Assembly: GCA_958454405.1 (NCBI GenBank) | Contig: CAUEBO010000004.1 | Location: 12,736 to 76,735 of the forward strand | Origin: an uncultured Eggerthellaceae bacterium | Lineage (GTDB): Bacteria > Actinomycetota > Coriobacteriia > Coriobacteriales > Eggerthellaceae | Direction of reading: 5' to 3' | DNA length: 64,000 nucleotides | Shown: positions 45,891 to 55,101 of the stretch, one piece after another | How the letters are laid out: every line of letters begins with the position of its first letter | Position numbering within the stretch: the stretch's first letter is position 1 | Notes under the pieces: generated by a model | Told to the model about the DNA's origin: nothing | Seen by the model: only the letters and a program-made list of their open reading frames with translations | Database searches by the model: none | Position numbers and translations under genes: made by a program

Positions 45891-46880
45891 ATGGCGAAGA
45901 CGCGCATCGGCATTTTGGGATACGGGAACTTGGGGCGCGGCGTCGAGCTGGCGTGCCGCCAGAACGACGACATGGAGTTTGCGGCGCTGTTCACCCGGCG
46001 CGACCCAGCGACCGTGAAGCCCTTGACTGCGGGCGTGGCCGTGCACGCCGCTGAAGACCTGGCGGCGCACACAGACGATGTGGACGTGCTCATCCTGTGC
46101 GGCGGCAGCGCGAGCGACCTGCCCGAGCAGACGCCGGCGTGCGCGGGCCTGTTCAACGTCGTGGATTCGTTCGACACCCACGCGAACATCCCCGTTCACT
46201 TCGCGAACGTGGACGCCGCCGCGAAGGCGGGCGGCAAGGTGGCCGTTGTCTCGGCCGGCTGGGATCCGGGCATGTTCTCGCTTGCGCGCCTGTACGCGAA
46301 CTGCATTTTGCCCGAAGGCAGCGACTACACGTTCTGGGGGCGCGGGGTCTCGCAGGGGCACAGCGATGCGATCCGTCGCGTCGAAGGCGTGGTCGACGCG
46401 CGCCAGTACACGGTTCCCGTGCCGGAAGCGCTCGAAGCCGTGCGTTCCGGCGAGAACCCGCAGCTCACCACGCGCCAGAAGCACACGCGCGAATGCTATG
46501 TGGTGGCGGAGGAGGGGGCGGACAAGGCTGCCATCGAGAAGGCCATCGTCGAGATGCCGAACTACTTCGCCGACTACGACACCACGGTGACGTTCGTATC
46601 GCAGGAGGAGCTCGACCGCGACCATGCCGGCATCCCGCACGGCGGCTCGGTCATCCGCTCGGGCGCGACGGGCGAGGCCGGCGAGCATCGCCATGTCGTG
46701 GAGTACTCGCTCGCGCTGGATTCCAATCCCGAATTCACCGGCAGCGTGCTGGTGGCCTGCGCCCGCGCGGCGCACCGCTTGGCGCGCGAGGGACAGACGG
46801 GCTGCAAGACGCTGTTCGACATCGCGCCCGCCTATCTGTCGCCCCTGAGCGGCGAGGAGCTGCGGGCGAGCATGCTGTGA
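45891..46880 (+). CDS. ddh: meso-Diaminopimelate D-dehydrogenase
   Basis: IGILGYGNLGRGVE, SAGWDPGMFS, and FWGRGVSQGHSDAIRRVEGV. RBS AGGAGG. Confidence 0.85.
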   Translation: MAKTRIGILGYGNLGRGVELACRQNDDMEFAALFTRRDPATVKPLTAGVAVHAAEDLAAHTDDVDVLILCGGSASDLPEQTPACAGLFNVVDSFDTHANIPVHFANVDAAAKAGGKVAVVSAGWDPGMFSLARLYANCILPEGSDYTFWGRGVSQGHSDAIRRVEGVVDARQYTVPVPEALEAVRSGENPQLTTRQKHTRECYVVAEEGADKAAIEKAIVEMPNYFADYDTTVTFVSQEELDRDHAGIPHGGSVIRSGATGEAGEHRHVVEYSLALDSNPEFTGSVLVACARAAHRLAREGQTGCKTLFDIAPAYLSPLSGEELRASML

Positions 46881-47004
46881 GGTGCCAGGTGAAGACTGGC
46901 GACGGCGGACGAAAGAGGCGCGGGACTTCTATCGTTTAGAGGCGCATGGCGATGACAGGCGGTTTCCTTTCGTGGCGCGACAGCGCATCGCCTCATGCTC
47001 GCTT

Positions 47005-47328
47005 TCAGACGATCGCCGCTGCCAGCGACACGGCGGCGAGCACGGTTCCGGCACCGACGGCGAACGCGCGCTCGCGCCGGGCGAGGCCGAAGCCGATGCC
47101 CTCGAGGCCGGCGAGCTTCTTTTCTGGCGCGCAGGCCCGTCCGAAAGGCTGCGGCGCTTCTTGCGCTCGCACGTGTTGCGGACGGCGCGGCGCCGTGGCT
47201 CCGGTTCCCGCGATCACGCGGATTTCGATTCCCGGTCCTTCGTTGCGCGCATGCTTGCCACGGGTGCACGAGGCCGGCTTCGCTTCGGACGTCTGGTGCT
47301 GCACAAAAGCGGCGGTGCTGGTGCTCAT
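47005..47328 (-). CDS. Small hypothetical protein with a hydrophobic C-terminus (weak call)
   Basis: RBS GAGGAGAG lies before ATG 47328, but composition is Ala/Arg/Gly-rich and no motif is recognised. Confidence 0.25.
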   Translation of the reverse strand: MSTSTAAFVQHQTSEAKPASCTRGKHARNEGPGIEIRVIAGTGATAPRRPQHVRAQEAPQPFGRACAPEKKLAGLEGIGFGLARRERAFAVGAGTVLAAVSLAAAIV

Positions 47329-47430
47329 AAGCTCTCCTCGAGGTCGGGCTGCAAGTCATGCTGTGCAGTCTACCCGGTGCCGTGCATCAGGGAGTACCAT
47401 TGTCAGGACAGCTGATGATGGTTGCATAAA

Positions 47431-47464
47431 GAAGGAGGGAACCGCTTCTGCGGTTCCCTCCTTC
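47431..47464 (-). terminator. Intrinsic terminator downstream of the purF-like gene
   Basis: Perfect 15-bp stem GAAGGAGGGAACCGC/GCGGTTCCCTCCTTC with a 4-nt loop. On the minus strand it is followed by TTTATGC. Confidence 0.7.
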
Positions 47465-47568
47465 GTATCGAGCAGGGCTCTCGCCGGCTTGGATCGCACG
47501 GTGCGGCTGCGGCCCGCCGCGGGATCCGTCGCCGCATGGGCTTCATGCTCGGCCCAGGCGCTTCCTTG

Positions 47569-48996
47569 CTACTCCTTGCCAGTCCAGCAATACGTGCACA
47601 CCTTCTCGGGGTCGATGCCGATGGCTTCCAGCATGCCGTCGAGCGACTGGTAGCCCAGCGAGTCGAAGCCCATCTGCTCGCAGATGGAGCGCAGCATGCA
47701 CTGGCCGCGCTCGGTGGAGCCGTCGGCGTACTCGTCGAGGTGCTGTGCGCCCTCCTCGCCTTCCAGCTGATGCACCATGCGGCGCGCGAGCAGCTCCATG
47801 TCGGAGTTGCTGCTGGAGAAGCTCAGGTACTTGCAGCTGAACATGATGGGCGGGCAGGCCGAGCGCATGTGGACCTCTTCGGCGCCGCATTTGTACAGGA
47901 AGTCCACCGTCTCGTGCAGCTGCGTGCCGCGCACGATGGAGTCGTCCACGAACAGCAGTTTCTTGTCGCTGATGAGCTCAGGGATATGGATCTGCTTCAT
48001 CTTCGCAATGCGGTTGCGCACTTCTTGGTTGCTCGGCATGAACGAGCGCGCCCACGTGGGCGTGTACTTGATGAACGGGCGGGCGAAGGGCGTCTTGCAT
48101 TCGGTGGAGTACCCGATGGCGTGCGGCACGCCCGAGTCCGGCACGCCGGCTACGTAGTCGAGCTCGGGCACGCCGCCGTCGCCTGCTTCGTCACGCGCCA
48201 TGATGGCGCCGTTGCGGTAGCGCATGACCTCGACGTTCACGCCTTCGTAGTTCGAGTTGGGATAGCCGTAGTACACCCACAGAAACGCGCAGATCTTCAT
48301 CTTGTCGCCAGCGGGGGAGATGGTGCGGTACTCGTCGGGGTTCACCAGCACGATCTCGCCGGGACCCAGCTCGTACTCGTCGCGGAAGCCCAGCTTGTGG
48401 TAGGCGAACGACTCGAACGAGATGCAGAAGCCGTCGTCGCTCTTGCCGATGAGCACGGGCAGCCGGCCCACCTTGTCGCGCGCGGCGATGATCTGGCCGT
48501 CCTGGGTGATGATGAGCAGCGTGAGCGACCCGTCGATGGATTCCTGCGCGTGCTTGATGCCCGAGACGAAGTCGTCCTTCTGGTTGATGAGCGCGGCGAC
48601 GAGCTCCGTGGTGTTCACCTTGCCCGAGCTCATGGCCATGAACTGGCGGCCGCCGCTTGCGAAGTTCTCTTCCACCAGCTCCTCGGCGTTGTTGATGGCG
48701 CCCACGGTGGTGATGCCGAACGTGCCCAGATGCGAGCGCACGAGCAGCGGCTGCGGGTCGGTGTCGCTGATGCAGCCGATGCCGCTGCATCCATGGAAGC
48801 CTTGCAGGTCGTCTTCGAAGCGCGTGCGGAACGGCGTGTTCTCGATCGAGTGGATCTCGCGCTGGAAGCAGCCTTCCTCGGCGTCGTGGAAGATCATGCC
48901 TGCGCATTTCGTTCCCAGGTGGGAGTGGTAGTCCACGCCGAAGAACACGTCCAGCACCACGTCTTGATGCGCTGCCGCTCCGAAGAATCCGCCCAT
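47569..48996 (-). CDS. Amidophosphoribosyltransferase-like protein (class II GATase fold plus PRT domain) lacking the N-terminal Cys nucleophile
   Basis: It starts MGGFFGAAAHQD rather than MCG. The PRT motif LLFVDDSIVRGTQ is present. A C-terminal CxxC (YCWTGK) follows. Confidence 0.7.
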   Translation of the reverse strand: MGGFFGAAAHQDVVLDVFFGVDYHSHLGTKCAGMIFHDAEEGCFQREIHSIENTPFRTRFEDDLQGFHGCSGIGCISDTDPQPLLVRSHLGTFGITTVGAINNAEELVEENFASGGRQFMAMSSGKVNTTELVAALINQKDDFVSGIKHAQESIDGSLTLLIITQDGQIIAARDKVGRLPVLIGKSDDGFCISFESFAYHKLGFRDEYELGPGEIVLVNPDEYRTISPAGDKMKICAFLWVYYGYPNSNYEGVNVEVMRYRNGAIMARDEAGDGGVPELDYVAGVPDSGVPHAIGYSTECKTPFARPFIKYTPTWARSFMPSNQEVRNRIAKMKQIHIPELISDKKLLFVDDSIVRGTQLHETVDFLYKCGAEEVHMRSACPPIMFSCKYLSFSSSNSDMELLARRMVHQLEGEEGAQHLDEYADGSTERGQCMLRSICEQMGFDSLGYQSLDGMLEAIGIDPEKVCTYCWTGKE

Positions 48997-49107
48997 TGCT
49001 CGCCTTTCGTCTTGCCTGCCGTGCCACGAAAGTACCAGTATAAGGCTCTCGGTGCCACGTTGCACCAAGTCCCGTCGCTGATTCGCGCATTTTGCACGAG
49101 ACCTGCG

Positions 49108-49656
49108 TTATTCCGCGCACGAGCCGTTCGCGACCAGATCGATCGAGTGCAGCGGCTTGTACGTTGCGCCTTCGTGATCGAGCGCGCTCTTGAGCAACGT
49201 GATTGTGCGAGCCTCGTCGTCTCGGGGAAAAGCGAGAGAGGGTAAGCCGACCTTCGGGATGCGCGCCCGGCGGGCCAGGGTCACGTGGGGCTTGAACGGC
49301 TTGGGGTCGAAGCGGATGCTCCGTGCGGCGAGCTCTGCGCGGAGCTTGGCGGCCAGCTCCATGAGCTTGGGCCGAGGTGCGATGCCTAGCCACAACGTCG
49401 CATCGCTTGCGCGGCCGAACTTCCCCAGGCCGTCGCTTCGCACGGGCACGGGTCCGACACCCTTGCAGGCAGCATCCATCGCCTCGATTGCTGCTGCTAC
49501 GCCGGCTTCGTCGGTTTCGCCGATGAAGGCGAGCGTGAGATGGTGGTTCTCCCGGGGCGGGAAGCGTCCTTCGATCATGCCGCTCAGCTGGCGCGCGAGC
49601 TCGGCCGTGTCGGACGCGAACATCTCGGGCAGCTCCAGCGCGATGAAGATTCTCAT
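49108..49656 (-). CDS. thpR: RNA 2',3'-cyclic phosphodiesterase (2H family, ThpR/LigT)
   Basis: Two HxT/S motifs are present: HHLTLAF and PHVTLAR. RBS AGGAGG. Confidence 0.85.
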   Translation of the reverse strand: MRIFIALELPEMFASDTAELARQLSGMIEGRFPPRENHHLTLAFIGETDEAGVAAAIEAMDAACKGVGPVPVRSDGLGKFGRASDATLWLGIAPRPKLMELAAKLRAELAARSIRFDPKPFKPHVTLARRARIPKVGLPSLAFPRDDEARTITLLKSALDHEGATYKPLHSIDLVANGSCAE

Positions 49657-49703
49657 GACAGCCTCCTGATGCTCGGATCGAACGAGCTTTACGGTGCGGC
49701 CTC

Positions 49704-50114
49704 CTAGATGAGGATGCCGTTGCAGTGGTCGATCTCGTGCTGGATGATCTGCGCGGTCCATCCGGTGAACGTGCGCGTTCTGACGCGGAAGCCCTCGTCT
49801 TCGAAGCGAACCTTGATGGTGCGGTAGCGTGTCGTCATGCGGCGTCCGGTCAGCGACAGACAGCCTTCTTCGGCCTCGTAGGCCCCAGCGCTGCTGAGCA
49901 GTTCAGGGTTGAACATGATGCGACTCGTCCCCGCATCGTCGAAGACGATGATGCGCTTGTGCACGCCGATCATGTTCGCCGCCATGCCGACGCATTCCCG
50001 GCTATGCGCTGCGAGCGTGTCCGCCAGGTCTTGGGCTGTTTGGGCGTCCTCGATCGTGGCTGGCAAGGACGGCTGCGCGAGGAATGCCTGGTTGGTCATG
50101 ATGGGCTGGATCAT
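49704..50114 (-). CDS. def: Short peptide deformylase-family protein (motif 1 Gln replaced by Met)
   Basis: GMAANMIG (canonical G-x-G-x-AA-x-Q), EGCLS, and QHEIDH; 136 aa. Confidence 0.7.
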   Translation of the reverse strand: MIQPIMTNQAFLAQPSLPATIEDAQTAQDLADTLAAHSRECVGMAANMIGVHKRIIVFDDAGTSRIMFNPELLSSAGAYEAEEGCLSLTGRRMTTRYRTIKVRFEDEGFRVRTRTFTGWTAQIIQHEIDHCNGILI

Positions 50115-50473
50115 AGGTGCGAACGCCCCCTTTCATGGTGCGGGTTGTGGAGCATCGTAGCGCCGTGACACGGGAAGGGGAAGCCCCATCTTTTCCGGGG
50201 CGGTCCCAAGCGGGCTGAGAGCGGACGGGTTCTCGTTGCCTGCAGGGCCCGCTGCCCATGCTGCGCATCATCGGAGCAAGCAGCCCGTCGGCGCGCAACG
50301 GCTCGGCTTAGCCCGGACGACCCTGACGGCGCGGTGTCCGAATGGCGACGAGGCGGCTACGATGCCGCCGAGAAGGCGACGGAGCGGCGCATCGATTGTA
50401 CAGTGGATCGATGACGAGAACCGCCCCTTACGGCGGCTTCTTCCCAATGATGCGCCGTCGGAAGGATTGTACT

Positions 50474-50938
50474 ATGAAGGGAAACCAGAAGCTCATCGAC
50501 ACGTTGAACGACCTGCTTGCCGGCGAGTTGACCGCGATCAACCAGTACATGGTCCATGCGGAAATGTGCGAGGATTGGGGCTACGACCGCTTGAGCGGGA
50601 ACTTCAAAACGCGTTCGATAACCGAGATGAAGCATGCCGAGCGGCTGATCGAGCGCATCCTGTTCCTTGAGGGCACGCCCATCGTGTCCAACCTCAACGA
50701 CATCCGCATCGGCGCCGAGGTTCCCCAGCAGGTCGACAACGACCACGCGCTGGAAATCGACACGGTGAGGGACTACAACGAGGCCATCGTGCTGGCCGGC
50801 GAGGTGCTGGATTACGCCACGCGCGACGTGCTGATGAACATCCTCGAGGACGAGGACCGTCATGTCGACGAGTTGGAGGACCTGCAGGACCAGATCGAGC
50901 AGATGTCGCTGCAGATATTCCTGTCCACCCAGAACTAA
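50474..50938 (+). CDS. bfr: Bacterioferritin
   Basis: MKGNQKLIDTLNDLLAGELTAINQYMVHA...ITEMKHAERLIERILFLEG parallels E. coli Bfr, including the heme-ligand Met context. Confidence 0.9.
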   Translation: MKGNQKLIDTLNDLLAGELTAINQYMVHAEMCEDWGYDRLSGNFKTRSITEMKHAERLIERILFLEGTPIVSNLNDIRIGAEVPQQVDNDHALEIDTVRDYNEAIVLAGEVLDYATRDVLMNILEDEDRHVDELEDLQDQIEQMSLQIFLSTQN

Positions 50939-50968
50939 GCGCCGTTGCGGCGATGCCGCTATAGCTTC

Positions 50969-51002
50969 CAAGGGCCGCATGCCGTACTGGCTGCGGCCCT
51001 TG
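50969..51002. terminator. Hairpin between convergent bfr and the HD-HelD gene
   Basis: Perfect 11-bp stem CAAGGGCCGCA/TGCGGCCCTTG with a 12-nt loop and no strong U-tract. Confidence 0.5.
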
Positions 51003-51060
51003 TCGTCGAGTGGGGCGGTTCGCATAACGGGCGAGGATCGCGCGACCCCGTTCGAGTCGG

Positions 51061-54000
51061 CTATTGTGCGGTTGCCGACGGCTTCAGAAGCGGCGTGAGC
51101 TCGCCCTGCGCGAGGATGGTGATCGCCCGCGTCGCGCGCGAGACGGTGGTGTACAGGCGGCGGCGGGTGAGGGGGTCGTCGGGGAACACGCGTTTGGAAG
51201 CGTCCGGGACGATGACCCGGTCGAATTCGAGGCCCTTCGCCAGCTTGAGCGTGATGAGGATCAGGCCGCTTTGCGGAAGGACGGCAGTGTCGTCGACGAG
51301 GGCGGGCGCTTCATCGCCAAGCAGCTTCTGCAAGCGCTTGGCCTCGTGCTTCCATGGCACGATGACGGCAGTGAGCCCCTCGCCGCCGCGTGCGTCTTCA
51401 ACGGCCTGCCGCAGCGCGGCTTCGTAGACCGTCTCGTCGGGGCATTCCGCAATGGTCGGCGGCGCGTCCGCGCGCTGGATGGACGAGATGCTCAGGCGCT
51501 CCTCGTCGTCCAACAGGCTGGCGAACAACTCGGTGATTTCAGGCGTCGAGCGGTAGCTCGTCATGAGCCGGCATTCCTCGACGGGGCCGTGCGAGGCGGA
51601 GAAGACGGCGCGCACCTCGTCGAAGGAGGCGGTGCGCGGCGCGATAGCCTGGTTCGGATCGCCCAGCAACAGGAAGTGCGCGCGCCTGAAATAGCGCGCC
51701 AGCACGGCCAGTTGGGCGGCGGTGTAGTCCTGCACCTCGTCGATCATCACGTACTTCGCATCCGGATTGCCCATCCCCGTGAGCGCCATCTTGAGGTAGA
51801 GCCATTCGAGGGAGGAGAGGCCTTCCGTGCCGAGCAGCCGCATGCCGATGCGGTCGATGCGCAGCCAGTCGTTGCGCTCCACGGCGGCGAAGGCATCCGC
51901 GTAACGGTCGTGCAGGTAGCGCAGCGCGAGCGCGCGCTCCTCCTGCTCGTCCTGCGGGTCGACGGTTTCGTGGAAGATGCGCAGCTGCTCGTCCAAGTCG
52001 AGGGCGGATACCTCGTCCTGGACGGCCTCGGTGCCGGCCATCTGCTTGAGGCGGCTTTCCAAGCGCGCGTGCAGTTCCTCGCGCATGAGCGTGATGCGAT
52101 GCGGGCCTGCGGGGATGCGCTGGAGCTTCACCGCCAGCTTGCGTATCTGGTCTGCTGCGAGCAGGCGCGTGCCGTGGATGCGGACGTCCTTGAAGTCGTT
52201 CGGATCGAATTCGAACGAGGCCGCGGCCTGGTCGATGCGCTCGAGGGCTTCGAGCGGGACGTCGGCGTCGCCGGTTCCCCGATCGGGCGGCAGCAGCGGG
52301 GCGGCGAACTCGTCCCATGTGAGGCTTTCCGGGTTGCGCTCGCCCAAATCGGGCAGGACGCCCGCGATGTAGTCCCGGAAGACGGGGTTGGGCGTGATGA
52401 GGAGCACTTCGCGCGCATCCAGGCTGCCGCGGTTCTGGTAGAACAGGTAGGCGATGCGCTGCAGCAGCACGCTGGTTTTGCCGCTGCCGGCGATGCCGCT
52501 CACCAGCAGCGTCGGCACGTCTTCATGGCGCACGACCAGGTTCTGCTCCTTTTGGATGGTGGCCGTGATGGCCTGCATCTGCGCCGTTCGCTGCTTCGAA
52601 AGCGATGCGAGCAAAAGCGAGTCCTGGATGGCCACGTCGGTGTCGAAGTAGGCGTTCAGGCGGTCTTCCTCGATGTCGAACTGGCGGCGCAGCTTCAGGT
52701 CGACATCGATGGTGCGTCCGTCGGCCTGGTAGGACGTGGGGCCGTTCGCCTGGTTGTAGTAGACCTCGGCCACGGGGGAGCGCCAGTCCACGATAAGGCG
52801 GCGGTACGACTCGTCCGAGATGCCGGCTGTGCCGATGTAGAGCTCTTTGGGTTCTTGGCCGGCCTTGAACTGCAGGGCCACCTTCGCGAAGTAGGGCTGT
52901 CTGAGCAGCAGCTGGATGTTCGCAAGCTGTTCGGCGTCCGCATCCTGCGCCAGGTTGTACGCGTCGATCACCCGGTTCATGGCCGCGAAGTCCGCGTAGG
53001 TTTCCATGGCGTCGGCGTAGGTGGCGAAGTTGGGCGCGAGCTCTTCGGACATGGAGCGCTTGTCGGCCGCGGCGGATGCGCGGGTCTGCTCCATCTTGCG
53101 GACCAGATTGCGCGCCATGTCCTGGAGCGTGCCGTAGGTTTCGGAGAGGTGCCGCTGCTCTTGGTGGAAGACGGGGTCTTCGGGCTGGCCGGCGGAAGGG
53201 GCCGCCGATTCGGCTCCGTCCGGCCCGCGCCCCGGTTCGCATCCGCTGCGCTGCTCGGCTTCTTCGGGGCCTTCCGCCCCTTCGGATTCCCTTGCGGCTG
53301 TTTCGAGCCTGTTCGCGATCCATGCGCGCAGGTGGCGATGCATGGCTGCGAACGCCTCTTCGGTGTCTTGATGGGCGAACGCGATCCCGAAGGGGCGCTC
53401 GAGCATTTTGAGGAGGAATCCCTGGTCGGCCATGAGCCGAACGCTTTCCGGATAAACGAGCTCGAAGGCGAAGCAGGCGAAGCCGACGGCGAAGTCGGCC
53501 GGGAACGAGCGCTCGTTCCTCAAAAGGCAGCGGTGGGCGTAGAACCCCTCGAGCGCGGCGGGGGAGACGGGGCTTGCGCGGAATTCGTCGTCGGTGGCGC
53601 CGAACAGGTCGAACGGGGTGCTGGTGGAGGTGGTGCGCAGGATGTCGACCTTGTCGGCATCGCGCACGATGTCGCAGAACAGCCGCGTGCGCCCGTCGAG
53701 GCCGGCGGGCAGCCGGTAGGCGCTGTGAAGCTCGATGGCGGCGCGGATGGGTGCGTCTTCTGAGGGGTCGTTCGCGTAATCGCGCATGCGCGGCGCGCCG
53801 GACGGCGTCGCCTCGTCGAACAGGATGCGGGCGCTCAGCGCGGCATGGTCGGTGGATCGGGCATCGGCGAACGTGTTCCAGCGGCGGATCTGCTCGAACC
53901 GTCCGATGTCGTGCAGCAGGCCGCAGAGCCATGCCACGTCGACGTCGGCGGCGGGCAGGGGAATGCTCGTCGCGATCCGCTCGCAGAGCTCGGCCACGCG

Positions 54001-54102
54001 CAGGGAGTGCTGCACCTTGAGGGCGATTTTGGGATTTGTGGCATCGTAGGATGCCGTGTAGTCGGTAAACGCCGCAAGCGCCTGCGCGCGGTCAACGTGC
54101 AT
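51061..54102 (-). CDS. Fusion protein: N-terminal HD-domain phosphohydrolase plus HelD-type (UvrD-like SF1) helicase/RNAP-recycling ATPase
   Basis: HD part: HSLRVAELC, LLHDIGRFEQ, STDHAALS, and RDADKVDIL (aa 1-270), then a low-complexity linker. HelD part: coiled-coil arm, PYFAKVALQF, IVDWRSPVAEVYY, Walker A GIAGSGKTS, and MIDEVQDY. RBS AGGAGGAA lies before ATG 54102. Confidence 0.75.
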   Translation of the reverse strand: MHVDRAQALAAFTDYTASYDATNPKIALKVQHSLRVAELCERIATSIPLPAADVDVAWLCGLLHDIGRFEQIRRWNTFADARSTDHAALSARILFDEATPSGAPRMRDYANDPSEDAPIRAAIELHSAYRLPAGLDGRTRLFCDIVRDADKVDILRTTSTSTPFDLFGATDDEFRASPVSPAALEGFYAHRCLLRNERSFPADFAVGFACFAFELVYPESVRLMADQGFLLKMLERPFGIAFAHQDTEEAFAAMHRHLRAWIANRLETAARESEGAEGPEEAEQRSGCEPGRGPDGAESAAPSAGQPEDPVFHQEQRHLSETYGTLQDMARNLVRKMEQTRASAAADKRSMSEELAPNFATYADAMETYADFAAMNRVIDAYNLAQDADAEQLANIQLLLRQPYFAKVALQFKAGQEPKELYIGTAGISDESYRRLIVDWRSPVAEVYYNQANGPTSYQADGRTIDVDLKLRRQFDIEEDRLNAYFDTDVAIQDSLLLASLSKQRTAQMQAITATIQKEQNLVVRHEDVPTLLVSGIAGSGKTSVLLQRIAYLFYQNRGSLDAREVLLITPNPVFRDYIAGVLPDLGERNPESLTWDEFAAPLLPPDRGTGDADVPLEALERIDQAAASFEFDPNDFKDVRIHGTRLLAADQIRKLAVKLQRIPAGPHRITLMREELHARLESRLKQMAGTEAVQDEVSALDLDEQLRIFHETVDPQDEQEERALALRYLHDRYADAFAAVERNDWLRIDRIGMRLLGTEGLSSLEWLYLKMALTGMGNPDAKYVMIDEVQDYTAAQLAVLARYFRRAHFLLLGDPNQAIAPRTASFDEVRAVFSASHGPVEECRLMTSYRSTPEITELFASLLDDEERLSISSIQRADAPPTIAECPDETVYEAALRQAVEDARGGEGLTAVIVPWKHEAKRLQKLLGDEAPALVDDTAVLPQSGLILITLKLAKGLEFDRVIVPDASKRVFPDDPLTRRRLYTTVSRATRAITILAQGELTPLLKPSATAQ

Positions 54103-54135
54103 GGGTTCCTCCTGGTTGCGAATCGCCGCCACGCG

Positions 54136-54555
54136 CTATATCAGCTTGCCCTTGCAGTGGTCGATGCCGTGCTGGATGATCTGCGCCGTCCAGCCAGCGT
54201 AGTCCTTCTTGCGGGGCACGAGTGCGCCGTCGACCAGCTCGTCGCAAGCCACTTTGATACGGTCGAAGCGGGTTACCTTGGAATCGATCTCCAGCGAAAG
54301 GCAGCCCTCCTCGGCTTTGAATGCGCCGAGCGCCAGCAGGATCCGCGGGTTGTAGATGACGTGGGGCTGGTCGTTCTCGTCCCGGTAGGCGACGATGCAT
54401 TTCGTAACGCCGATCTGGTTGGCGGCCAGGCATGCGGCGTTGTCGAGCGAGGTCAGCGTGTCGAGCAGGTCCTGCGCTGCCGGCGCGTCCTCGGCCGTGG
54501 CCTTCTCGCAAGACTGCGAGAGGATCGCTTCGTCTTTCACGAGCTCTTTGATCAT
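54136..54555 (-). CDS. Peptide deformylase-like protein with HExxH changed to HGxxH (probable pseudoenzyme)
   Basis: CLAANQIG, EGCLS, and QHGIDH (Gly where the catalytic Glu is expected); 139 aa. It ends 33 nt before the HD-HelD start. Confidence 0.65.
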   Translation of the reverse strand: MIKELVKDEAILSQSCEKATAEDAPAAQDLLDTLTSLDNAACLAANQIGVTKCIVAYRDENDQPHVIYNPRILLALGAFKAEEGCLSLEIDSKVTRFDRIKVACDELVDGALVPRKKDYAGWTAQIIQHGIDHCKGKLI

Positions 54556-54629
54556 AATTTGCTTCTCCCGTGTTCGGTCAATGGGAATAATGCAGTCCAT
54601 GATACCCCAAGGAGCGGGATTGCGGTTTT

Positions 54630-54974
54630 TCACGACGCGTAATGATCACGAGCGTGCGTCGACGATGTGCAGCCTACACGGACCTGCTTCCATGGCGCAA
54701 ACTGGGGACCGATCTGCAGGATGCACATTTCGAGCGCGCCTGCATGGCCGTAGAAGCACATCGGGGAGACGAGATCGTTTTCCGAGGCGGGGATGTAACC
54801 GAGTTTGACGCCCTGAGCGTAAAGCGCGATGGCGTTCGGATCGTAAGGGTTGTCGGACTCGGGCTCCATTCGCAATCTTTGGCCCGGCTTCAGCTGGTCG
54901 AGGGCGAGCGCTCTGTTCCAGTGTTGGAATCCAGCGATGAAGTAGGTGGCGAGGTGGTGCGACGGCTCGTACAT
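54630..54974 (-). CDS. Stand-alone HIRAN domain protein
   Basis: YFIAGFQHW..LKPGQRLRMEPESDNPYDPNAIALYAQGVKLGYIPASEN is the HIRAN signature. An alternative start is at 55004. The longer track ORF to 55247 overlaps the WYL pseudogene antisense. Confidence 0.7.
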   Translation of the reverse strand: MYEPSHHLATYFIAGFQHWNRALALDQLKPGQRLRMEPESDNPYDPNAIALYAQGVKLGYIPASENDLVSPMCFYGHAGALEMCILQIGPQFAPWKQVRVGCTSSTHARDHYAS

Positions 54975-55101
54975 GGCGGCTCCATAGGTACAGGATAGTC
55001 GCATGCACTGACTTGGGTGTCCTGTTTGTAGTACAAGCGAATTGGCGATGAGAAGTAGCGCTTCGCGAACGGTGGGCGCCATGCTGGAAAGGGGAAACGT
55101 T

